Part shown: piece by piece, positions 50,137 to 60,370 of the stretch | How the letters are laid out: each line of letters opens with the position of its first letter | Position numbering within the stretch: position 1 is the stretch's first letter | Assembly: GCA_964525115.1 (NCBI GenBank) | Contig: CAZGGB010000006.1 | Location: 162 to 64,161 of the forward strand | From: an uncultured Sangeribacter sp. | GTDB taxonomy: Bacteria; Bacteroidota; Bacteroidia; Bacteroidales; Muribaculaceae | Reading direction: 5' to 3' | Length of the DNA stretch: 64,000 bases | Notes under the pieces: model-generated | The model's input: only the letters and a program-made list of their open reading frames with translations | Databases searched by the model: none | What the model was told of the DNA's origin: nothing | Position numbers and translations under genes: made by a program

Positions 50137-51804
50137 ATGAATAAAAAAACCATAATTTCGGTTGCTTTATTTGGAGCAGCATTGCTCGCAATGGGCTCCT
50201 GTAGCGATGAACCTCATGGAGTCTCTACTAAGCACCCAGTTGGTAGTGAAGGGCCTGAGCGTCCCAGTTTCAGTGAGAATGATGATGTCACTTCTCCAAA
50301 GGCCAATTTCCCTCTAACACCTCAAAAAGTATCTTTAAATCTTTCTACGACTTTTCAAGAGATGGAAGGCTTTGCTGCATCTGATTGCTGGCTTCCTAAC
50401 CAGATTGGGCAGTATTGGACATCTAACCGCAATGAAATTGCACAGCTTCTTTTCTCTCAAAACATATCGTCTGACGGTCAGCCACAAGGCATAGGATTGT
50501 CTATGTGGCGTGTCAATCTCGGTGCAGGCACTGAAGAACAAGGAGATGAAAGCAATATGGCAGCCAACAACCGGGCTCAAAGCTATCTCAGTAGTGGAAG
50601 CTATAACTGGAATAGTTGTGCCGGCCAACGCTATTTCATGGAGCAGGCTAAAAATATGGGATGTGAGAAGTTTGTGCTTTTCAGCAACTCCCCTCTCGTG
50701 CAATACACACTCAATGGTATGGGATATTCCGACAATGGAGCTCATGGAAACATCAAGGAGGAGGCATATTCTCAGTATGCAGAATACATGGCAGAAGTAG
50801 CTAAACACTTCTCTGAAGCAGGCTACAACATTTCACATATCTCACCGGTCAACGAACCTCAGTTTAACTGGGGTGTAGGAGATAATGGTGTAGCAAGTCA
50901 GGAAGGATCAGGTTGGCAGAATACCGAAATAGCTAAGCTCGTCAAGGAACTTGACAAATCACTTTCTGCACGCGATCTTGATACATATATTTTGATTGCA
51001 GAAGCTGCTTCTTGGAATGATGTGACGGGTGGTAGCAACGATCGTTCAAACACCATTAATGCCTTCTATAATACGTCGTCTAATGCTTATGTTGGAAATA
51101 TCAAACGCCTTGATAATATAATTTGTGGACATAGCTATTGGACTGAAGGCACATGGAACGGAATGCGTCAAGTCAGGTCTAAAGTTGCTGATGCAGCAAA
51201 GGCACGCAATCTTAAGGTATATCAGACCGAATGGTCGATGCTTGGGGATGCTCCTGCAGAGCTTGACGGCAACTACGAAAATGCTACAGAATTTGATATC
51301 GCACAGTATATGAGTCGCGTTATACATAACGACATTACTGTGGCTGGTTGTGTTTCTTGGAGCTATTGGACAGCAATGTCAGTAGAACGTTATGGGCAGA
51401 AAAATCGTTTTGAGCTTATCAAGACTACACCTGTCGGAGGAGATTACAGCGATGATTTCAAGCAAGGTGGTACGGTAGCAGCTAACCCCAATCTTTGGGT
51501 GCTTGGTAACTACAGTCTTTTCGTTCGTCCGGGATATAAACGAATAGAATTAAATCTTAATGAGACCAAAGATTTTTTTGGATCTGCCTATATCTCGCCG
51601 GAAGGCAACCAACTTGTCATTGTACTTACTAATTACGATAAGACTAACGGTATCACCGTGGATATGCCTCGTCCGGATGGTACTAAGGCTGTATTCACTT
51701 ACACGTCTACTGCTGAAAAGAATTTAAAACAAGCTCGTTTCAATCTCAACGACAAGGTATTCATTGACCCTGCTTCGGTGACGACCATCGTCTACTATCT
51801 ATAA
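50137..51804 (+). CDS. GH30 glycoside hydrolase lipoprotein (GH30_4/5-like)
   Basis: MGSC lipobox, GIGLSMWRVNLGAG, FSNSP, NEP acid/base, HSYW, QTEW nucleophile. Confidence 0.88.
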   Translation: MNKKTIISVALFGAALLAMGSCSDEPHGVSTKHPVGSEGPERPSFSENDDVTSPKANFPLTPQKVSLNLSTTFQEMEGFAASDCWLPNQIGQYWTSNRNEIAQLLFSQNISSDGQPQGIGLSMWRVNLGAGTEEQGDESNMAANNRAQSYLSSGSYNWNSCAGQRYFMEQAKNMGCEKFVLFSNSPLVQYTLNGMGYSDNGAHGNIKEEAYSQYAEYMAEVAKHFSEAGYNISHISPVNEPQFNWGVGDNGVASQEGSGWQNTEIAKLVKELDKSLSARDLDTYILIAEAASWNDVTGGSNDRSNTINAFYNTSSNAYVGNIKRLDNIICGHSYWTEGTWNGMRQVRSKVADAAKARNLKVYQTEWSMLGDAPAELDGNYENATEFDIAQYMSRVIHNDITVAGCVSWSYWTAMSVERYGQKNRFELIKTTPVGGDYSDDFKQGGTVAANPNLWVLGNYSLFVRPGYKRIELNLNETKDFFGSAYISPEGNQLVIVLTNYDKTNGITVDMPRPDGTKAVFTYTSTAEKNLKQARFNLNDKVFIDPASVTTIVYYL

Positions 51805-51821
51805 GTTTTCATTTACAAATC

Positions 51822-51870
51822 AAACAAATAAAAGGGAACCGATTTTTTCGATTCCCTTTTATTTGTATTT
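51822..51870. terminator. Bidirectional terminator ending the PUL
   Basis: ACAAATAAAAGGGAA...TTCCCTTTTATTTGT. Confidence 0.85.
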
Positions 51871-51882
51871 GTAGAATCAACC

Positions 51883-52854
51883 CTATTTCAATTTTCTTTC
51901 AATTGGGATAAACGGCACATTTCCAACCTTTGCAGCACAAATGGGAAAATGAGATTTATACATCTTGTCAATCCTAATCCCATATACTTTCTCAGCACCT
52001 GCTATCATATAGAAATCTATGAAAGGCTTTATCGGATTCGATTGAGGAGCATTTTTAGTGTCGACATGCGATTGTTTTCCTTTAATTGCATAGACAAAAT
52101 CCAATTCGGAAGCATACTCAAGAAATGTTGAACTATCAGCAGTGACAAGTATCTTTTTATCAGGATGCTTAACATGTAACTTTTCCAACTCCTCAATATT
52201 GGCTCTTATCATTCTTTCTCTATACTCAGGGTTGCTTATAGTACGATAATGATATTCTTTAAAGTCACCAAATAGATTCTGAAAACGGAAAACAGCAGCT
52301 ATATAATTACCATTTATTTTTTCTTTATGTTTGTCTATTTGCTTTTGAAGCTGAGGCGATGGTTTAAAAAGATAATTAAAAACAGTACCCCAATCCTCAT
52401 TGAATGGTTTGAAATTAAGGAAATTTCCAAGATCAGCATTACTATAAAACCGAATCTGCTTATCAGTTCTTATTTTGAGAAGTCGCTTCCCTTTTTCTCC
52501 TCTCATACATATTGGACGCACATGCCACACTGAATCTGAAATGTCTTTATCAGATATTCTCCAATCATACTGATTTGGCAATATGAAATCGGTCAATTCA
52601 AATGGATAGTTATATCTAATTCTGAATGGCTTTCCTACAAAGCGACAATAGTTATAGAATGAAATCATACCTTTAAATCGGTCGCATATACCACCATGAT
52701 ACATAGAACCATCAATAATCGCAATACCTGACTTTCTTTCACTCGGATTCACTTCACCCCAATCCTTTGACCAAGAAAGTCGCGTGACGCAATACATCAG
52801 TTCCTTCAACCTATGGCGGAATCCTAAGCAAAAATTTTTTAATTTAAAAGCCAT
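51883..52854 (-). CDS. Putative fucosyltransferase-like (GT-B) glycosyltransferase
   Basis: GGICDRF (cf. GLGN), AAVFR..D (cf. HxRxGD), ILVTADS, FIDFYMIA...S.F. Confidence 0.6.
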   Translation of the reverse strand: MAFKLKNFCLGFRHRLKELMYCVTRLSWSKDWGEVNPSERKSGIAIIDGSMYHGGICDRFKGMISFYNYCRFVGKPFRIRYNYPFELTDFILPNQYDWRISDKDISDSVWHVRPICMRGEKGKRLLKIRTDKQIRFYSNADLGNFLNFKPFNEDWGTVFNYLFKPSPQLQKQIDKHKEKINGNYIAAVFRFQNLFGDFKEYHYRTISNPEYRERMIRANIEELEKLHVKHPDKKILVTADSSTFLEYASELDFVYAIKGKQSHVDTKNAPQSNPIKPFIDFYMIAGAEKVYGIRIDKMYKSHFPICAAKVGNVPFIPIERKLK

Positions 52855-52961
52855 AACTCAACATGTTAAAGATTCTGTATTTATATAACCTTATATTATT
52901 TTATTTATTGCTAAGTCCAACTTTTTTTATTAATTTTGTGACCCCAAAAACTAAATGACTT

Positions 52962-53969
52962 ATGGAAAATCCAAAGATCAGCATTATAGTCCCAGTTTAT
53001 AATATGGAGGCGTATTTAAAAGAATGTCTTGAATCTATAAGATCTCAAACATTCTCTGACTGGGAATGTATTCTCGTGGACGATGGCAGCAGTGACTTAT
53101 CTCCAACTATCTGCGATGAATATGTCAATATCGATTCCCGATTCAAGGTCATTCATAAAGAAAATGGAGGTTTATCAAGTGCGCGAAATTCTGCTCTTAG
53201 AGTAGCTAAAGGAGAATTTATTGGTTTTGTAGATTCAGACGACTGGTTAGAACCAAAAATGTATGAACTTCTTTTCAATTTGATAAATGAATATGATGCC
53301 GATATAGCATCAGTAGGCTTTGTCAAAGAATATAGAGGCAGACGCTCCACCAAGCACATAGTACATAAGACAAAAGTCATTTCTGGAGAGGATGCAATAC
53401 GAGAAATGTGCTTTGATAAAATTCCCAATTATGTTTGGAATAAACTTCAGCGCAGAAGTATCATTACTTGCGATTTTCCTGAAGGAAGGAATTTTGAGGA
53501 TATAGTAGTATATTCGCAATGGATGAAGAATGTAAATAGAATTGTACTTGATCCTACTCCAATGTACCATTATCGAATGAGAAAGGGAAGTATCATACAT
53601 TCAAATGCCATAAAAAACAGATACGATTATTTTCTATCTTGCATAGATCAAATGAAAATAATTGATCACATGCACATAAATCGGAACGACAAAGACCGAA
53701 AAAATGGATATATCAATAGGGCAGCAATAAGTGCAGCTAAAATTATAGCACGTATTGAAAAAGACCCACTTCTACGTGACGAAGCCATAAAGAAAATAAG
53801 CAGAGAGGTAAAGGATTTCCCACTTCCTTCATTTGGGAAAATAAGTCTTAAAATATGGCTTAGGGCAAAATTACTTAGAAATCATCCAAAGACTTTTGGT
53901 GCTATTATGAGAGGAGTACATATCTTTGATATTGATATGAAAAATAGAGAAAAAAGATACTACGACTGA
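52962..53969 (+). CDS. GT2 glycosyltransferase
   Basis: ISIIVPVYN, VDDGS, NGGLSSARN, FVDSDD, FED; TAATTTTG at 52931-52938. Confidence 0.93.
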   Translation: MENPKISIIVPVYNMEAYLKECLESIRSQTFSDWECILVDDGSSDLSPTICDEYVNIDSRFKVIHKENGGLSSARNSALRVAKGEFIGFVDSDDWLEPKMYELLFNLINEYDADIASVGFVKEYRGRRSTKHIVHKTKVISGEDAIREMCFDKIPNYVWNKLQRRSIITCDFPEGRNFEDIVVYSQWMKNVNRIVLDPTPMYHYRMRKGSIIHSNAIKNRYDYFLSCIDQMKIIDHMHINRNDKDRKNGYINRAAISAAKIIARIEKDPLLRDEAIKKISREVKDFPLPSFGKISLKIWLRAKLLRNHPKTFGAIMRGVHIFDIDMKNREKRYYD

Positions 53970-53971
53970 TT

Positions 53972-54964
53972 ATGGATATTGATATAGTAGTCACTTGGGT
54001 CAATATGGATGACCCGGAATGGAAAACTGAATTTGAAAAGTATTCAGGCAGAAAAGACAATGAGAAAAATGGAGTGTCGGTAGCCCGTTTTCGAGACTAC
54101 GGATTCCTTAAGTATTGGTTTCGTGGTGTCGAAAATTTTGCTCCATGGGTCAGGAAGATTCATTTCATTTGTTCTGGAAATCCTCCAGAATGGCTTGACT
54201 TGTCAAATCCAAAACTCCACATTGTGCGTCATAAAGATTTTATTCCTTCTGAATTTCTACCCACATTCAATTCAGTCGTAATTGAGCGCTATATGTATAA
54301 AATACAGGGGCTATCAAATCATTTCATATACTTTAATGATGATTTCTACATAATTCGACCTGTATCGGAAGAAAGATTCTTTATAAATGGACTTCCACGT
54401 GACATAGCTGCTTTTCAATACAATCCTTCATGGTCGCAATACTATGTAAGAATTAAAAATAATATCCGTATCATCAATCAGCACTTCGATAAGAAATCGG
54501 TCATGAAGGAGTATCATGAAAAATGGTTTGATAAAAGCTACGGTTCAAAGGCATTCTGGAACTATCTGCTCCTCCCCTATAACAAATTCATCACTTTACG
54601 CGTCCCACATAATGCCCAGCCATATCTAAAAGAAACGTTTCATGAAGTATGGGAAGCAGCAGACAAAGAACTGACAGAGACCTCTGCTAATAAGTTCAGG
54701 AAAGTTACAGATTATACTCCAGAACTATTCCGGACTTGGCAGATATGCCGGGGCAATTTTGAGCCTTATAACACTTATAAGGATACAAAGATGTTTCCTC
54801 TTATGGTGAAACCAAAACAAGCTGTAGAAGCTATTCGCAAACAATCGTATGCACTCATCTGCCTTAATGACAATGTGCATATCCGAAACTATAATCTAGT
54901 GATGAGCAACATAAAGGATGCTTTTAAATCTATATTGCCAGAAAAATCAAGCTTTGAACTGTAA
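53972..54964 (+). CDS. Stealth-family hexose-1-phosphate transferase
   Basis: CR1 DIDIVVTWVN, CR2 FAPWVRKI...PTFNS..IE...FIYFNDD, CR3 H, CR4 ICLND. Confidence 0.9.
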   Translation: MDIDIVVTWVNMDDPEWKTEFEKYSGRKDNEKNGVSVARFRDYGFLKYWFRGVENFAPWVRKIHFICSGNPPEWLDLSNPKLHIVRHKDFIPSEFLPTFNSVVIERYMYKIQGLSNHFIYFNDDFYIIRPVSEERFFINGLPRDIAAFQYNPSWSQYYVRIKNNIRIINQHFDKKSVMKEYHEKWFDKSYGSKAFWNYLLLPYNKFITLRVPHNAQPYLKETFHEVWEAADKELTETSANKFRKVTDYTPELFRTWQICRGNFEPYNTYKDTKMFPLMVKPKQAVEAIRKQSYALICLNDNVHIRNYNLVMSNIKDAFKSILPEKSSFEL

Positions 54965-55015
54965 AACTTAATTTTAGACAAATAGCGCACAGACAAATAT
55001 ATATCCCCATACCGA

Positions 55016-55792
55016 TCAGGATATGGGGATAACTTTTGATTTTATCTCAGGATAGTAGTCAAGGATTGTTTTGAAAGCATCATCATTTCGGCTTGAACCA
55101 TTCTTAAAATTGACAGCCTTCAATGAAAGTTCTTTTGGTTTTCCTACGGATTTGGGCTTATTGTGCAGCCCAAATGGAAATGGTATCACTGTCCTTCCAT
55201 TTGAGATAGCGGCTGCCCAAAACCATAGGTCGTCAGTTGTCGGAGCCAACTTCATAAAAAGAGTCTCGTCAAGCATATCAGATTTCAAGGAATGAGGGGG
55301 ATATAACACACCCCCCACTCCTGTCTGAATGATACGATAGTCAATTTTAATTTTCTTTCCAAGGAAATCATACCATCTCAATTTTTTCCATTTTTTGTAT
55401 GGTTTATTTGGATCTGCAATCTTAGCCCTATTAGCTATTATAGCATCAGGGTATTGCCTATGCATCTTTATCAAATCCTTGAGCATCTCCTTGTCATAAT
55501 CTACATCATCATCTACAGTGACAATGACATCATCTGGAAATTCTTTCAGTGCAGGAATAAGTTTGCGATATGACCTTATGTCTATAGGATAATCTCTTAT
55601 TTCAAAAATATCATTCTCTTTTTCCAATAATTTTAATTCTTCCGGAATGCCATAGGGCTTGAACTGATCAAAAGTCAGATACAATACAAGTCGATCAGGA
55701 AGCAATGAGCCTCTTAAAATAGATTTGATCGCCAATATTGCATAGTCGATTGCAGCAGGGAAAGAAGTAAGAGAAACGATAATCTTGTTCAT
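55016..55792 (-). CDS. GT-A fold glycosyltransferase-like protein
   Basis: IIVSLTSFP, SYRKLIP, IVTVDDD, TGVGGVLYPP, DDLWFW; ATGA overlap with the lpdA stop. Confidence 0.8.
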   Translation of the reverse strand: MNKIIVSLTSFPAAIDYAILAIKSILRGSLLPDRLVLYLTFDQFKPYGIPEELKLLEKENDIFEIRDYPIDIRSYRKLIPALKEFPDDVIVTVDDDVDYDKEMLKDLIKMHRQYPDAIIANRAKIADPNKPYKKWKKLRWYDFLGKKIKIDYRIIQTGVGGVLYPPHSLKSDMLDETLFMKLAPTTDDLWFWAAAISNGRTVIPFPFGLHNKPKSVGKPKELSLKAVNFKNGSSRNDDAFKTILDYYPEIKSKVIPIS

Positions 55793-57135
55793 GCGTTGTG
55801 GCAAGCTGAGAGAATAACTTCAGACACTGTAGGATGTCCGAAAATAATATTTTCAATATCTTCACGCGTCATTCCGGCATTCATAAGATCAGCGCATTGC
55901 TGGGAAAGATCAGCAGCCTCCACACCCATTATATGTGCACCGATGAGTTTACCGTCGTCCTTACGGAAGATCAATTTGCAGAGACCATCTGGTTCACCCA
56001 TTGCAAGCGCCTTACCATTAGCTCGGAAAAAACTCTGACCTTTGCAGATTTCTATTCCCTGAGCCTTGCAAGCTTCTTCTGTCAGACCAACCATACCACA
56101 TTCAGGCACCGTAAAAACAGCACTTGGAACTAATCCTAATTTAATATTGTCTGTCTTACCATCAATGGCATTTAAGGCATGAATTCCTTGGAATGTAGCC
56201 ACATGAGCAAGCATCATCTTTGCATTAACATCACCGATAGCAAAGATGTGAGGCACATTTGTTCGCATCCAATCGTCTACGACAATACCTTTGGGAGAAT
56301 ATTCAATTCCCACAGCTTCGAGATTAAGACCATTAACACGAGGTGAACGACCAACGGCCATTAGAAGATCAGAACTTACTACAGATTCTTCTTTACCCTT
56401 AACCTCATAAGTCACCACAATCTCATAATCTTCATTCTGCTCAATTTTCTTAGCCGCTGCACCTGTCACTATCTTAATACCTTTCTTAGAAAGTATTTGC
56501 TTAAGACGCTTGGCTATGTCAGAATCGAATGGAGGGAGGATCTGCTTCATATATTCAATGACAGTGACCTTAGAACCGAAAGATGCAAAGATGCATGCAA
56601 ATTCCATTCCAATCACACCCCCGCCTATGATAGTAAGAGATTCAGGAATATACTCTATGTCGAGCATCTGAGTGGAATCTTTTACACATTCAAGATCATG
56701 TCCTTCTATAGGAAGTGATTTTGAAGTAGAGCCGGTAGCTATGATAATGTAATCAGCTGTGAATTCAGATCCATCTGCAATAATAGTGTGAGAATCCTTG
56801 AATGAAGCCATTGCATTCACCACATTAACTTTGGCAGTCTTGAGCATCGAGTCAATGCCATTGCGAAGGGTGTCTACCACTTCCTTCTTACGCTCGACCA
56901 CATTATTATAGTCGAGCGTGAAGGTAAAGTCATCAACTCCGAATTTTTCAGCTTCTTTGAAAGATGCAATCATCTCAGCATTACGGCATAGGCACTTCGT
57001 AGGTATACAGCCTTCATTAAGACATGTACCACCAAGACGGTCTCCGTTGAAAAGAGTTACCTCATGACCTCTTTTTGCGGCTTCAAGAGCAGTCTCATAT
57101 CCACCGGGACCAGCACCAATTATAATGATTTTCAT
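55789..57135 (-). CDS. lpdA: Dihydrolipoamide dehydrogenase (GCS L protein)
   Basis: GAGPGG, GGTCLNEGCIP, GGGVIG, HPTVSE. Confidence 0.95.
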   Translation of the reverse strand: MKIIIIGAGPGGYETALEAAKRGHEVTLFNGDRLGGTCLNEGCIPTKCLCRNAEMIASFKEAEKFGVDDFTFTLDYNNVVERKKEVVDTLRNGIDSMLKTAKVNVVNAMASFKDSHTIIADGSEFTADYIIIATGSTSKSLPIEGHDLECVKDSTQMLDIEYIPESLTIIGGGVIGMEFACIFASFGSKVTVIEYMKQILPPFDSDIAKRLKQILSKKGIKIVTGAAAKKIEQNEDYEIVVTYEVKGKEESVVSSDLLMAVGRSPRVNGLNLEAVGIEYSPKGIVVDDWMRTNVPHIFAIGDVNAKMMLAHVATFQGIHALNAIDGKTDNIKLGLVPSAVFTVPECGMVGLTEEACKAQGIEICKGQSFFRANGKALAMGEPDGLCKLIFRKDDGKLIGAHIMGVEAADLSQQCADLMNAGMTREDIENIIFGHPTVSEVILSACHNA

Positions 57136-58595
57136 GAGTTTTTAAGTGCTTTGTAGTTCAGAATTGGATTCTTAGCTGCAGTGGTTTCATCAAGTTTTCG
57201 CACGATTGTAGTGAGAGGTGCATTCTTAACTTCATCAGGAGTTTCACTCGCCTCTTTAGCGACCTTATGCATAACATCAATAAACTCATCAAGAGTCTCA
57301 AGACTTTCAGTCTCAGTTGGCTCTATCATCATTGACTCATGGAAGAGGAGCGGGAAATAGATTGTTGGAGCATGGAATCCATAGTCGAGCAAACGCTTAG
57401 CCACATTGAGTGTTGTCACACCTGTCGATTTGTCTTTTAGGCCATCAAATACGAATTCATGCTTGCAAGCACCTTGAATAGGAAGCAGATAGTCATCTTT
57501 TAAGCTTTCCTTAATGTAGTTTGCATTTAGGGTAGCCATCGGACCAACTTCCTTGATTCCTTCTTTACCAAGACTCAGAATGTAGGCATATGCCTTTATC
57601 ATAACACCAAAGTTGCCAAAGAAAGTTGAGACGCTTCCAAGTGCATCGTCACCATTCTCAACATAGAACTTACCATTTTCATCCTTCTTTACATGAGGAT
57701 TTGGCAAGAATTTCACAAGATGCTTTGCAACGCCAACCGGGCCACTACCCGGGCCACCGCCTCCGTGAGGAGTGGAGAAAGTCTTATGGAGATTGATGTG
57801 CATGATATCAAATCCCATATCGCCAGGGCGTACTTTGCCGAGAAGTGGGTTGAAGTTTGCGCCGTCATAATATAACAAGCCACCTGCATCGTGCACGAGT
57901 TTTGCAATCTCAACGATTTCTGTCTCAAACATTCCAAGTGTGTTCGGATTGGTCATCATGATGCCTGCCACTTCATCATTGAGAAGGGGTTTGAGATCTT
58001 CGATATCGATTGATCCGTTGGGCCGGCTCTTAACTTCCACTACTTCAAGACCTGCCACCATAGCAGAAGCAGGATTAGTTCCATGTGCAGAATCAGGGAC
58101 AATGATTTTCGTGCGTTTGTGGTCGCCACGAGCTTTATGGTAACTTCTCATCACCATAAGTCCGGTAAGCTCGCCATGAGCTCCAGCATACGGATTGAGA
58201 GTAAACTCTTCGAATCCCGCTAAGTTGGCAAGCGCATTCTGAAGATTCCAATAAAGTTCAAGAGCACCTTGAGCTGTCTCAGGATTCTGAAGAGGATGAA
58301 GCTCTGCGAACTGAGGCAAATTGGCTACTTCTTCATTAATCTTTGGATTATACTTCATTGTGCAACTACCCAGCGGATAGAAACCTGTGTCTACACCGAA
58401 ATTCTTATTAGAAAGATTGGTATAATGGCGCACTACATCCAACTCTGACACTTCTGGTAGGTCGAGTGGAGATTTGCGAAGAAGATCAGACGGAATTTCC
58501 TTCTCACCATCAATTACAAAATCATTTTTTGGCAGTTCGTAACCAACACGGCCGGGACGTGAAAGTTCAAATATCAGTTTATCGTAGTATTTCAT
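57132..58595 (-). CDS. gcvPB: Glycine dehydrogenase subunit 2
   Basis: PLGSCTMKYN, SAHGTNPAS, NLHKTFSTPHGGGGPG, EPTETE. Confidence 0.95.
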   Translation of the reverse strand: MKYYDKLIFELSRPGRVGYELPKNDFVIDGEKEIPSDLLRKSPLDLPEVSELDVVRHYTNLSNKNFGVDTGFYPLGSCTMKYNPKINEEVANLPQFAELHPLQNPETAQGALELYWNLQNALANLAGFEEFTLNPYAGAHGELTGLMVMRSYHKARGDHKRTKIIVPDSAHGTNPASAMVAGLEVVEVKSRPNGSIDIEDLKPLLNDEVAGIMMTNPNTLGMFETEIVEIAKLVHDAGGLLYYDGANFNPLLGKVRPGDMGFDIMHINLHKTFSTPHGGGGPGSGPVGVAKHLVKFLPNPHVKKDENGKFYVENGDDALGSVSTFFGNFGVMIKAYAYILSLGKEGIKEVGPMATLNANYIKESLKDDYLLPIQGACKHEFVFDGLKDKSTGVTTLNVAKRLLDYGFHAPTIYFPLLFHESMMIEPTETESLETLDEFIDVMHKVAKEASETPDEVKNAPLTTIVRKLDETTAAKNPILNYKALKNS

Positions 58596-58599
58596 CTTC

Positions 58600-59934
58600 T
58601 TAAGCCTCCAGCATTAAAGTTACCAATTCGTCGATTTCTTCCTTCGTCCTCTTTTCAGTCACAGCAAACTCTACAAGTCCGTCGCCAAGGTCTAAGCCAC
58701 CCATATATCCTTTGGAAGCAAGATATTTATTCACTTTCTTCACATCAAGGTCTGTGCGCAGTGTGAATTCTTTAAGGAATGGTTTTTCGAATACCTTATG
58801 GAATTTTCCTGTAGCGAGCAACTTATTATAAAGATAATGAGCTCCATCGCAGCTGAGCTTATTGACTTCTTCAAGTCCCTTCTTTCCCATCAGCGCAACA
58901 TAGACAGTAGCATAAAGTGCCATAAGGCTCTGGTTAGAGCAAATATTGGACGTTGCCTTTTCACGACGTATATGCTGTTCTCGAGCCTGAAGAGTAAGCA
59001 CAAATGCACGTTTGCCATCAGCATCTTTTGTAGCACCTACAACTCGACCTGGCATCTTACGGAGCTGCGCTTTAGAGCATGCCATAAAGCCAAGATAAGG
59101 CCCACCAAATTGCATCGGCATTCCGAGTGTCTGGCCATCACCGCAAGCTATGTCCGCTCCCCACTCTGCAGGAGTGCGTAGCACTGCAAGCGTAGAAGGA
59201 TCACAATTCATAGTAAGAAGAGCCTTCACAGAATGAACTTTGTCAGCAAGTCCGGTAAAATCCTCAATTATACCATATTTATTAGGATACGAGACAATCA
59301 CTCCGGCTACATCGCCTCCTGCGAGCGCCTCATAAAGAGCCTCAAGGTCTGTCTCTCCATCTTTCTCAGGAATTATAGTCAAGTCAACACCATGGAATTT
59401 AGTATAAGTCTTCACTACTTCTACCACACGAGGAGATACAGTTGCAGATATGAGGATACGGTTTTTCTTCTTGGCAGAGGCCACCATCATCATGGCTGCC
59501 TCTGCAGTAGCAGTAGCGCCGTCATACATTGAAGCATTGCTTGCTTCAAGACCTGTGAGTTCGCATATCATACTCTGATACTCAAATATATACTGAAGCG
59601 TACCTTGTGAGATTTCAGGTTGATATGGTGTGTAGGCAGTATAAAACTCACTGCGTGAAAGCAAGTGTCCGATCACGGATGGAGAATAATGATCGTAAGC
59701 TCCTCCACCGGCAAATACCTTAAGACGTGAATTTTTATTCCCAAGTTCTTGGAAATGCTTACGAAGTTCCACTTCCGACATGGCGGAAGGAATATCGTAT
59801 TCACCTTTGAAGATCACTTCTTCCGGGATATCTGAGAAAAGATCATCGGTTGAATTAACACCGATTTTCTCAAGCATCACCTTAATGTCTTCTTCGGTGT
59901 GCGGAATATATCTATTCATAATTATTCTTCGCAA
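58600..59934 (-). CDS. gcvPA: Glycine dehydrogenase subunit 1 (start may be ATG 59919)
   Basis: YTPYQPEISQG, NASMYDGATA, REQHIRREKATSNIC. Confidence 0.95.
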   Translation of the reverse strand: MRRIIMNRYIPHTEEDIKVMLEKIGVNSTDDLFSDIPEEVIFKGEYDIPSAMSEVELRKHFQELGNKNSRLKVFAGGGAYDHYSPSVIGHLLSRSEFYTAYTPYQPEISQGTLQYIFEYQSMICELTGLEASNASMYDGATATAEAAMMMVASAKKKNRILISATVSPRVVEVVKTYTKFHGVDLTIIPEKDGETDLEALYEALAGGDVAGVIVSYPNKYGIIEDFTGLADKVHSVKALLTMNCDPSTLAVLRTPAEWGADIACGDGQTLGMPMQFGGPYLGFMACSKAQLRKMPGRVVGATKDADGKRAFVLTLQAREQHIRREKATSNICSNQSLMALYATVYVALMGKKGLEEVNKLSCDGAHYLYNKLLATGKFHKVFEKPFLKEFTLRTDLDVKKVNKYLASKGYMGGLDLGDGLVEFAVTEKRTKEEIDELVTLMLEA

Positions 59935-60299
59935 ATCTTAGCGTATGCTTCTGCGTCAAGAAGACCTTCCACTTCAGATGGGTCAGAAACCTTTACCTTC
60001 ATGATCCAGTTGGCAAAAGCATCCTGGTTGATGAGACCCGGTTCATCTTCAAGAGCCTCATTGATTTCTACAACTTCGCCGCTAACAGGAGAATATAGGT
60101 CGGAAGCTGCCTTTACAGATTCAACAGCGCCAAATTCTTCGCCGGCAGACACCTCATCGCCTACTTCAGGCATGTCGACATACACTATATCTCCAAGAGC
60201 ATGCTGTGCATAATCAGTGATACCAACTGTTGCGATTTCGCCGTCAAGGCTTACCCATTCATGAGATTCCGCATAGCGGAGATTTTCTTTAATTGTCAT
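59922..60299 (-). CDS. gcvH: Glycine cleavage H protein
   Basis: HEW, GITDYAQ, ESVKAASD (lipoyl-Lys). Confidence 0.96.
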   Translation of the reverse strand: MTIKENLRYAESHEWVSLDGEIATVGITDYAQHALGDIVYVDMPEVGDEVSAGEEFGAVESVKAASDLYSPVSGEVVEINEALEDEPGLINQDAFANWIMKVKVSDPSEVEGLLDAEAYAKICEE

Positions 60300-60370
60300 T
60301 GTTATTTTTATTTTAAAGTTATTTTCTTAATTTGTCGGACTTGTCAGAAATGTCAAACCAGTCCTAATAA

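Noticed and set aside
60332-60368. Degenerate 9-mer repeat (ttgtcggac ttgtcagaa atgtcaaac) between gcvT and gcvH
   Set aside because: Only 3-4 poorly conserved units; not CRISPR-like and too weak to interpret
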